Shown here one piece after another: positions 29,401-41,400 of a stretch of DNA of 64,000 nt (its first letter is position 1; every line of letters begins with the position of its first letter). Source of the DNA: Antedon mediterranea (Eukaryota; Animalia; Echinodermata); NCBI RefSeq assembly GCF_964355755.1, contig NC_092674.1:26598001-26662000 (forward strand), written 5' to 3'. Both the position numbers and the translations under genes were made by a program. The notes beneath the pieces were generated by a model. That model searched no databases, was not told where the DNA came from, and saw only the letters and a program-made list of their open reading frames with translations.

Positions 29401-32400
29401 ATTAGGTGTGCCAATATTTGAATTATCGATGTTATGCTTTGGTTATTAATATGCACGTCTTCCAATTCCAAGGTTGTAGGTTCTATTCATGTCAAGTTCA
29501 AGATTCCGCTTGGGAAAAAAACCTGTATGACGGATGTTTTGTGCTTTCACTAATAAAGCATAATTAAAACATTTACAAATATGGTCCAATTATAGCTATT
29601 TCATTGCCATGACATACTGTGTATAGTAGAAAAAAATTATACCAAGGCAATCTAACAACAGGATGCTGAGCTTCGAAGATCAAAGGGTTTATCTGTGGCT
29701 GCGACACAATCAGTTCCATGGCCCTTAACATACACTGCGCACCACTGAGTATATGTACACACTACAGTGATATTGGTATTTGTCACAGCCAGACATAAGA
29801 TCAAAGGGTTTATCTGTGGCGGCTACACGCGATCAGTTCCATGGCCCTTAACATACACTGCGCACCACTGAGTATATGTACACACTACAGTGATATTGGT
29901 ATTTGTCACAGCCAGACATAAGATCAAAGGGTTTATCTGTGGCGGCTACACACGATCAGTTCCATGGACCTTAACATACACTGCGCACCACGGAGTATAT
30001 GTACATACTACAGTTATATTGGTATTTGTCACAGCCAGACATAAGATCAAAGGGTTTATCTGTGGCTACACACGATCAGTTCCATGGACCTTAACATACA
30101 CTGCGCACCACGGAGTATATGTACATACTACAGTTATATTGGTATTTGTCACAGCCAGACATAAGATCAAAGGGTTTATCTGTGGCGGCTACACGCGATC
30201 AGTTCCATGGCCCTTAACATACACTGCGCACCACAGAGTATATGTACACACTACAGTGATATTGGTATTTGTCACAGCCAGACATAAGATCAAAGGGTTT
30301 ATCTGTGGCAGCTACACACACGATCAGTTCCATGGCCCTTAACATACACTGCGCACCACTGAGTATATGTACACACTACAGTGATATTGGTATTTGTCAC
30401 AGCCAGACATAAGATCAAAGGGTTTATCTGTGGCTGCAACATGATCAGTTCCATGGCCCTTAACATACACTGCTCACTACAGAGTATATGTACACACTAC
30501 AGTGATATTGGTATTTGTCACAGCCAGACATAAGATCAAAGGGTTTATCTGTGGCGGCTACACACACGATCAGTTCCATGGCCCTTAACATACACTGCGC
30601 ACCACAGAGTATATGTACATACTACAGTTATATTGGTATTTGTCACAGCCAGACATAAGATCAAAGGGTTTATCTGTGGCGGCTACACACACGATCAGTT
30701 CCATGGCCCTTAACATACACTGCGCACCACTGAGTATATGTACACACTACAGTTATATTGGTATTTGTCACAGCCAGACATAAGATCAAAGGGTTTATCT
30801 GTGGCTGCAACACACGATCAGTTCCATGGCCCTTAACATACACTGCGCACCACTGAGTATATGTACATACTACAGTTATATTGGTATTTGTCACAGCCAG
30901 ACATAAGATCAATGTACTGTTACAAGTTTCTATCTTAGTAAGGCGAGCTCAATGTCCTGTTGTTAGATTGCCTTGGCTATACTAAAATAATACTCCGGTC
31001 ATATTTAATGCTGTAGTGAAAGATACAATCGAAAACTTACAGTGTTGGACTGTCTCGTTGTAACGTTCGTTGTTTATTATCTGTAGCAATAACCGAATAG
31101 CGGTTGAACCCACTCATGTGAGCAGAACTACCGGTCACTTCTAAAAAAACACAAAAATATCACTGGATTAACTAGACAATCAAATTAAAGCCATGTACAT
31201 AGACATTAATACTAGTGGTCAATTTTGTGGAGACAAATTGAAATCACTGATTAAACTATCTGGACAATCAAATTAAAGCCAATTATAGAGATATTAATAC
31301 TGACTGGTCACTGCCGTGAAGATGATGTTAGTGATTAAATCAATTCAATTAAAGCCAATCACAAGGTAAACTACTGAGAAATGCTTACTCATGCATGGCG
31401 TTTGTTTAGTTGGTTACTGATAAGTTTTGTAAATTGTTTTGGTAGTAAACAATATTGAAAATAAAAGATGAAATATGATTATTACCTGCTAATCGATGAT
31501 GATTATCATTACTAGTATCTGGAATTATAACAAATTTGATTTAGTCAAGAGCATTGTGGGAAAAAAATCATTTTAGTATGGAATGCTAAAATTGCATTTT
31601 TACTTTTACAAACAATATCAATGTTACCTATCTTACCATTATATGTGTTTCGGTCTCTTATCTCTTTTTGAGTTAAATTATTCATGTCAGAGGTCAGCCC
31701 GTGTCTTGCTTTCTCTGCGTAAGTTGGTGAGTCATGTTCGCTAGGTTTAGACTCTCTATACTTCATGTTTTCTGGGTTTTGTAATGGCTAAAATTAAATT
31801 ATATAAAAAATATGTAATATAGTACTGTATACTATTGTAAATGAACCAACATTTTATAAAACATTTTTAAATAACAAAATGACTGGTTTTCAATAACAAC
31901 ATAAGCTTATTAAGATCTATTTTTAGAACTGGGGCACCACCAAACACCACAAAAGTAACCTAATAAAGTACAAATCTATTTACGATTCTAAAAATAGTTA
32001 TTTTAATTTTGTTAACAATTTTTATGAGTTAAACCCAGAATGTTTTTCCTGTTGCATTTAATAAATTACAAATTTGATTGGCGCCAAATAAATCGCATAA
32101 TTTATGTAAAATACTTTTATGCTTATTCACTGATTTTATTTATTAATAATTAAATATTAATTGATTTAATTTAATTTTTAAACCTAAACAAAACATTCAT
32201 CAAAAAACAGATTAACATGATTATTTTCTATCATGCCGCATTAAAAAATTTGCCGATTCATGTTTCAATCGGTCAAAAAAATGTATTAAAAGACAAATTT
32301 GATATGTCAATAAGCGGCAGATAAGATGAATAAATTAATTTATTTGATAAAGACACATTGATTGGCACGAGCGAGTTTAGTAACTGTTTAAACAGGTGGT

Positions 32401-35400
32401 CATCTACTTAAAGAAAAACATACACTGGCTTACAGCAGTCTATAGGAGTGGTTACTCAAAGGATTTGAACCGGGCACTCTGGGATTGGCAAGTAAATATC
32501 ATGACCACCAAGCTAAACCGCTAAATTTATTTGTTTTGAAGAACACTAACCTGATGGAGATGGTAGTAAACTTGACAAACTATTTTTGGTTTTCTAAATT
32601 GCTGTTTTTATTTAAACTGACTTAATTAACTAATTTGTGACCAAACAAAATTTCATAAGCTGTAACATTCATTTACTACGAGTATGATATAATTCATTTC
32701 ACAAAAATTCTACAACATGTAACTATTATTTACTGTTTTTAATTTAATTAGGACAAATTAAAAACAATAATATTTTGTTCATTTTAAACATGTTTTGTAC
32801 TAAAATGTAATTGTATTGAGCCTCAATATTCCAAAGTATGTTATATTATATACTTAATAAATGTGTATAATATACAGTAATATATGAAAATGACACCATC
32901 ATTTATTTACAGGACGGCTTACCAATTCATGGTGTGGTGGCCTGTACTCGTGAGCTAACCGTAATCTCAAAGGTGCGGAGCCCTGAGAACGTTTCTTCCT
33001 GTCAAATCCATTTTGTCTTGGCTTCTTGAAATTCTCACTGACCACAGCCTAGCCAGCCCAAAAGGAAAGACATAATGATTGAGAATTAGGCCTTATTATA
33101 CTAATTTACATTGTCTCTTATCTAGAATAGCATGAATGTTTCTCTGCGGGGGACGGCCTACCAGACAGACATAATTAAGAGCATTCGCAGCCAGAGGGCG
33201 GTGTTCAACACATTAAAAACGGTGGTATATCGAACTCGACCTGGGCGAGGTTGAATTAAACAGGTAAAAATAGTTTTATGGTTTGCCTCCAAGATATGAT
33301 ATAAATTGATAATATGATCAAATTTTTTTAGGTACTTGTAAAATAATTAAATTGACTATAAAAAAGAAAGTTCAATCAAATGATTTAATCAACATTGGAT
33401 GTCTAGAATGGATTAAGATTTAATTCAAAATGGGCGACAAAGTACAGACTTATGTTGTTAATTTTGATCAAAAACCAGCAAAAACAATTTCCAAACCTCC
33501 CATGATACAACAGATACCTCATTCTTAAAAAAAACTTGCATATTAATTATACTCTGCAGTACATATTTTATGGATTCGTTTTTTGGAGTTGTGGAAAAAA
33601 TAGCATTTTGAAAGAATCCAAACTTTACAATTGTAGAAAAGCAATCACAGAGGAACTAATGTTCGACTAATGTACTTTCCTTTGTGTATATTTTTACAGC
33701 ATTTACAAGTTAGACAAGTTTCTGCTACTACATGTCAAATACAGAAAAGGAATTTCAGTAATTTAAATAGAGAAATATGCAGGTATAGCATTATCATAAT
33801 TATATATATTTTCTCATGGGGAAAAGTTTAATTTCTGTGGGCTTTTTTACTTGATCACCTTAATGTCATATTTCCTGTTATTTACTAAATACAAGAAATA
33901 GTTAAGAAACAATAAAATGACTCATAGATATCTACTGAGCATGCTCAGTATGCTGAAACATGCACATTTAAACATCGTTAATTACATATTATATTATAAT
34001 GAAATATTACAAGTTTTAGTAAGTGTATTACTATGAAATTGTTATTAAAATATTCTTTACTCCATGATAAAATACAGTCTATATTAAATCATGGAGCTAT
34101 CTCATGGAGCTATCTAATTGTATAGCTCCATGATTAAATGATACAGTATATAAAGTCTAGGATAAGGTCGACGAACTGTCCTATAAAACAATTCTACAAG
34201 AGCTTTTAAGAGCGAATCTGTTCTACTGTATGCATGAGTTAACCTTTGACCCTTCAAATTGCTTGACAAATCTCAGAGGAGTTTTCCACTGAATGCACAG
34301 CATCGTTTTTTTGGTTTAAAGAAGACAAAAAGTAATCGTTTAAATTAATCAAAAAAACAAGTCTTACCTTTAAAGTCTTATCAGAATTGTCATTGTCAAC
34401 AGACATCTTTCTATCTTCTCTAAGGGTTATTTTCATCTGTTCGTTTTGTGACATTTCACTCAAATTAGTCTCTTTCATGCCAAATATTGAGGTCTCCAAG
34501 GTCAATGACATCGGATGTTTTTCTACACTGCTTCTCGTATGTCTGTCAGTTCCTCTGATATCCAGAGTTGGAGAAGCATTACCATGAATGTTCTTCAACC
34601 CTGACTCCCTCTTTTGTTCATAGTCTCTAGAAAGGCGCGAGTGGGAACGTTTCGAATGTTGTTCTGAATGGGCATAAACGGGGGAATTACTTCTCGTTTG
34701 TTTTAAAAACATGCTTAATTGCGATTCAAACTTATGTTTCGAATCATTCCTTGTATGGTTGCTTTTGTTATCAATATAATCTGGAGTTGTTTTATCTAAC
34801 CCTCCAAATCGCTCATGGTTCGACTGGGACATGTGCAAAATGTCTGGTGCTATATTCAGAACTTTCTTTTGACTAATTTCTTGATTTTCTTTATTTCTTA
34901 AGTCTTTTTCTCTAGGTGTTTTACGTGTCTCATCACGACTGCTTTTATTTCTTAATTTTGAACTATCTTTTGCTGCCCTCAAGTGTTCTGGAAGATTTTC
35001 ATGCTTAGCCTCCATACCAGGCAGATGTTCTGGATAACTCTGCTGCATATCTTTTCTTCCATAGAAAACATCATTTTGTTGCTCAACATGAATTTTCTTG
35101 TTCGTAACTTCCATTGGTATTTGATCTGGATGACTAGATTTCTTTTTCTTTGCAGATTTCAGATACTTTGAGTGTAATGGTGAATCAGTGTTATCTATTG
35201 TTTGTTGATAAGCTTCCTTCTGTTTCTGAATTCCATTTTCACCTAAACTCTTTGCCATATTCACATCTGATTGGTTGATTTGTCTTTGATTGTCATCTTT
35301 ACCAGTATTTTGTTTCAAGGGCACATTGTTTCCCATTTGCTGGAGTTGGCTATGTTTTTGAATTCCATTTTTACCAAAGCTTTCCTTTATTGTTGCGTTC

Positions 35401-38400
35401 ATACCTGATACCTGGTGGATTTGTCTATCCGTGTCATCTTTAACATTGTTTTCTTTTAAAAGCGCCTTGTTAACCGTTTTGTTGACTTCACTAGATCTTT
35501 TATCTTTAACGTTTTTTTCTTTCTTTGCTGCATCACACAGTTCATCCTCGGATATCGTTTTGAAGAGGCTAACTTTTGTGGCTTTAATATTACTGGCAAA
35601 ATAAAAACAGAAACTTGTTTTATTAAAACTAAGGTTTTGTTTTTGGTGAATTGGGTAGGCACCATAAATGATTATTGTTACTTTATCACAGAGTATAGAA
35701 ACACAGCAAAGCTTGTTTACAGTTGAGGTCCTTTTTTTGTTATTACATGTTGTAAATGTTTAAAACCTTTTAGGTAAATGGAGCTTTTTCCTCAGTGCCT
35801 GCCCGCCTCCTCTGTGTCGTATATTATATTGTATATTATTGTTTTTATTGTTACCATACAAGCCTATTCATTATTATAAAAAATATTTAATGAAAATACC
35901 GTTTATGACTGTCTTCAGCAATTTCTCTTGTTGTGTATGCTGATTGCGGCCTGGGCAATTCCTTGCGGAGAAGCCTTTCCATGTGAAAGCACTTGTGCTC
36001 GATGCATTCATCTATAGTTATTCTTTGGCTTGGGTCTAACGCCAACATACCCTAAAATGTTGAAATTTAACAGTGAAAAATCAACTAATTATTGAAAGAT
36101 GTATTGTCCTCTTGAAAACCTTTTTTCACATTTATTTTGTTCCAATATACCATTTTGATGTCCATAATAGTTATTCCTTTTGAGCAAAAATTTGATAAAA
36201 AATGATTTACCTCAAAAAACTGTTATTTTGGTTGAATTTAATCGTTTGTTTTGTCTTTTTATAAGTGAAAACATTTTTTTTTTTCGTTGTTTTTTTCTGT
36301 GGAAGTGATTAACTTTATTAAAACTACAAAATGGCCTGTTCAAAGTCTGATTTTATTAATCATCATTTTTCATGTTTTTGGGGGGCAATATATCTTTAAT
36401 GAAATTTATATTTTATATAATTTCTGTGATTTAATTTCATTACTTCTAACAATGTCATAATGTGAATGCAAACAAGAGTACTGTACTAACCAAACTATAG
36501 AGGGCACTATACATAATTGTGATACTTTCAAAAGACATTATTAACTTATCATGTGATCAATATTAACAATCATTTCACAATGATCTTTCTTTGATCTCAT
36601 GTTTTACATTTATTAATTGTATTACAATCTATATATACATCTACCAGTATTTTGTAACTAAGTCATTTTGTGGTAAAATTAACAATAACATCAAATATTG
36701 ATTTTTTTTCACCTTCAATGCTACAAACAAATACCCCACAGAGACTGTACAATGAGAGGAGCAAAATTGCAGAACTGCCTTTGTAGAAATGAATAGACGT
36801 TAAACAATTGCAAAAACTTGTTGCTTGTAACCAGCATATACTTACTTGCATAAGGTCTAACATAACGCCATTAATAACACTCATATACCGCTTTGCTAAT
36901 GTCTGAGGCTCGCTCACTGTCGGAAACTGCAATAAAAAAATTTCGGTAAAATTGAAAGCTCATATTAATACAAATTAGGATTTAAAACAATAATAAATTC
37001 AAATGGAAGTATTGGAAATATGTATACTGTTACTACTGCAGTAAAATACTACTGCAGTAAAATATAATCTACTTGAGCATATAATAAATACTGACACCTT
37101 TTAATCTTAACAGTTTTTTTTTTTTAATTTATTGGTAATTTTACTTTGTATTGACCAGAGATTTTGAATTATTTTTCTCAAAATAAACAAAAAAACAGAA
37201 AAACCTAGTATATTCTTTGAGGCCTTGGCAATAAGCTTTTAGATTTTTTTACAAACCTTTAAACCTGAAAACCGTGGGTTCATTTCAAAAAGGTGCATCT
37301 GATATGGTGGCAAGTGTCCTTGGATCTTTTGAATGACATACAGTTGGTCAATCTCGCTCTCACCAGGAAAGAGTGGTTGACCATCAGCCAATTCACCCAG
37401 TATGCATCCAATTGACCAGATATCGACAGCCTTCCCATACTCGGCACTGTTGAAATAATTAATAATTGTATACCTACCAGATTCTTTCAACTTTTCAATA
37501 ACATAAAAGATATTTTAAAACAATAAAACAAAAATTCAAAATTATGTGTACACTCATAACGGGATAAGAATATTGAACACTGTACTGACCCCAATAGAAG
37601 CTCTGGTGACCTGTACCAGCGAGTGGCCACGTACTCTGTATAATTAGCTACAGGCGTGTTACTAGCAATGCTACGAGCAAATCCTGAAACGAAAAAAGAG
37701 CGTAACTGTGTTATTTATTTCATAAAATCATAACAAATACTGCGGGAAAAAACACACAGAAAAAAAGTATTCCTTTAATAAGGGGGTTCTCTTAATGGGG
37801 GGGGGGGGGGTGTCCCATAATAGGGGTGTCCTCTTAATAGGAGTGTCCCCTTAATAGGGGTGTCCTCTTAATAGGGGTGTCCCCTTAATAGGAGTGTCCC
37901 CTTAATAGGGGTGTCCCCTTAATAGGAGTGTCCCCTTAATAGGGGTGTCCTCTTAATAGGGGTGTCCCCTTAATAGGGGTGTCCTCTTAATAGGGGTGTC
38001 CCCTTAATAGGGGTGTCCCCTTAATAGGGGTGTCCCCTTAATAGGGGTGTCCCCTTAATAGGAGTGTCCCCTTAATAGGGGTGTCCAAAAGGAGAGGTTC
38101 TATTGTACAATAGTACCTTTTTAAGGAAAGTAAACTAGGTCGGTTTTTTAAATGCTGACGTTTAACTTTATTATATTAATAATCTAGAGCTCTGTCTACA
38201 TTATCAAACTTTATGTGACAAAAATGTGATGCGCCCATATATGGACATGATGATGTCAAATCACTACCATATTTGGGCATATTACTACCATATTTGAGCA
38301 TATCACACACTAGTTTGATAGTGTAAACACAAACCTGTAAATTTCTTAGTTTGCTTGATTTTACATCATAGTTTCATTTAATTCTAAACGCTATTCAGTA

Positions 38401-41400
38401 TACCTACTATATCAATCCATGGAGTAATATTCTTTACTCCATGATCAATCTACTAAACATTGATAAATAGCAATTCTACTGTACTAATCATTTTTAATCT
38501 CTATTCAATTAGAGCTGTTTAAATTAAATCCATCATTAAGTATGCTGACAAGGCTTCCTGTGCAAGGACAATAAAAAACACAGCTATTGAGTAATATTAA
38601 TCGGGTAACTAACGAGTGTTTTTCTGCAAACTTTAATCTAAATTAATTACTAGATTTAATAATGAATAAAATTGTATTGACGTTTTATAGGTGTAGCACT
38701 GCGACAAAATTAGATTTATCGGTATTGAGAGAGTACAGAATATCGCTGCCCTAGTTTAAGTTACCATGGTTTTTCGTAAACAATATATTATTTTTAAATT
38801 AGACTATGTGGTTATACAATAGATAATAATTTCTTACAGGATGCGATTTATAGAATTTATTAATATAAATTTGAATAATAGTGTAGTAATAATATTAGGG
38901 ATGATGTTTTGACAATATTGATATGACAGGATCTACAAAAAGAAACTACATAAATCAGAGGGGAAGGGGCCTTGGGGAGAGGGACCTAGGGGGAGAGAGG
39001 GACCTGAGGACGGTGGGGTCCTGGGAACAGAGGAGGGCCTGGGGAGGTAGAGGGGCCTGAGGAGATAGAGGCTCCTGGGGAGAAAGATGGGCCTGGGGAG
39101 ATAGAGGGGCCTGGGGAGGAAGAAGGGCCTGTGGAGGTAGAGGGGAGGGGCCTGGAAGAGGCCTAGAAAATTATTCCTTACCAAAATCACACAGTTTCAA
39201 GGTATCGTTACTACTAATAAGCAGGTTCTCTGGTTTGATATCTGTAATAAAAAAAAATCAACAATTATTACCTTATTAAATATTCATTACCAAGACTGAA
39301 TACAAATATTAATTTGTTGTCATAACTGCAAACCAAATTTAGAAAAGTCGTTGCTATGGTAGGCCAATAATTATTTTTTAATAACAAAAGAATTTTTAAT
39401 TTAGAGGTAAAGATAAAGATGTTTATTGTTCATAGAAAATAAATACAATTGACAATTAAAATACTATATATTGATATTTCACAAACTATTGTTTTGTTTT
39501 CAATATAGCTTATATTATCACAGTCTGTGAAAATACTACTATTTTGTTTAAATAGACAAGTAGAAATAGAACAAGTGGAAATAGCATTTATTTTTTATAA
39601 GTTTTTTTTATACTGTACACAGTAAAATGATCTTACCCCTGTGTATAATATCATTGGAGTGACACCATCCTATAGCCTTTACAAGTTGATAAATATAACT
39701 CCTAAAAACAAATTAATTTGAATGTTAAAAAAGTCCAAATGTTAACAGTATTATGCTTAATAGTAATACACGAGAACTCCTAAAAACGGGGGCCTACTGG
39801 ACAGTATTTGGAATCATTTATATTTTTAAAGCCATGTTTGATCTGTTTTTTTTAAATATATATAGTTTTCCTGGGTAAAAAAAGGTAAATAAGAGAGAGC
39901 AATATTGGCGTAAAAATAAATGGCAAGGGCATTTGTCTAGTATTTGAGAGGCATGCGATTGAAACTGTATTGCTTGTATCCTTAGGCAAGTTACATTACT
40001 CTCATCTTTCGAATTGAATGTTTGCCCCTTGGTAAACTTTTATCCGATTGTTTCCCGGCCTAATTTCCTCAACTGAGGATCAATAAAATATATTTCTAAA
40101 TACCTGACTTTGTCTGACGAAACTCCATTTGGCATGGTTTCCAATAATTCAAGCATATTCTGTAATAATCCAATCAAAATTAGTCTTTAATTCAATTATC
40201 TTAAGCTCTCTCTACACTATCAAACTAGTTTGACAAGAAAGTGTGATGTGTCCAAATATGGTAGTGACATGCCCAAATATGGTAGTGATATGACATACCA
40301 TGATAGGCACATCCCACATAAAGTTTGATACTGTAGACAGAGCTTATTGTTCTTTATGATTTAGATTAATTTAATTTTTTTTCTAATTTGATTCTATATA
40401 TAGTCTGACATATTGCCATACACCGTTCTTCTATTTTTAGATGTTCTTGTCAAATGTTGACGTAACGTTAGATTGTAAAATGTGATGAAAAAGAAACTGA
40501 ATACAGTCTCGTCTGAGTTAAGATTTTAATTACTTGGCAATTAAAACAAAGCAAACAGTAAAGCACTATGTAACTTAATTCTTACCACATCAACTAATAT
40601 TGCAGTCAAGCAAAACAAGATATTTATTTAATAAGAAAGATATTGACTAGGAAATTTAAGTTCGTATACTGTGCAAAGAGATATATCTCTTAATTGGCAT
40701 TATCATCAATGTTTTGTTTGTTTTTTGGGGGAAAGATTACATGAATATTATGACAACACAGGTAGAAAAAAATATGATTAAGATAAAGTTCATATGTGAT
40801 ATGAAAACACTACAATGACTGAATTAAAACACTTAAGCAGCCGTTCACATGAATTAAAAGCAAGTCGGATCAAGAGTCGACCGTGAGTGGCCTGTAATTG
40901 GCCACCCACCTGTAACTAATAACTATTAAAATACATCAAATTAGAAAGATTTTATCAGTAGAGAATATAGCTAGTAAACAATTCTGGAAAACTTGGTTAA
41001 TAAGTGTTCAACCTACAAACACATTAGTTGTACAAACTACAACAAATTAATGATTACTACAGATAAGTAATTTGATAATATCTGGTTAAGGGTGTAGACT
41101 TACCCGATCAACATACTCAAATACCAGATACAACTTGCCCCTGCGACGAAACGCTTCTCTAAAAATGAAAAATATGAAATAAAATAATGAAATATTATTG
41201 CAATTGTGCGTTATAAATAACCGTACAGTAACATTTCATACAGTAATACAGTAATACTATGCAATGTATCCTCTCTTCAGAGAGAGGGCAATTTTTGGTT
41301 TATTTAGATAAGCTAGGCACAAAATAGATATTGTTTAATGAAGACAGTAGGTAGTAGGCACATATAAAGTCTTTGGTTAGGCCTAATTTGTTGAATGTTT

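Noticed and set aside
29676-30911. CRISPR-like regular array and ORFs 29890-30342 and 30670-30912
   Set aside because: Units are near-identical over their whole length with no unique spacers, there are no cas genes, and the context is a eukaryotic intron; the ORFs are by-products of the repeat.
38933-39190. Pro-rich ORF
   Set aside because: Translation of the G-rich 18-bp repeat beyond the gtaagg donor of a CDKL5 exon.
38760-39363. RFX X-box-like sites (GTTACCATGGTTTT, GTTGCTATGGTAGG) in CDKL5 introns
   Set aside because: Only one good half-site each and far from the promoter; not distinguishable from chance.
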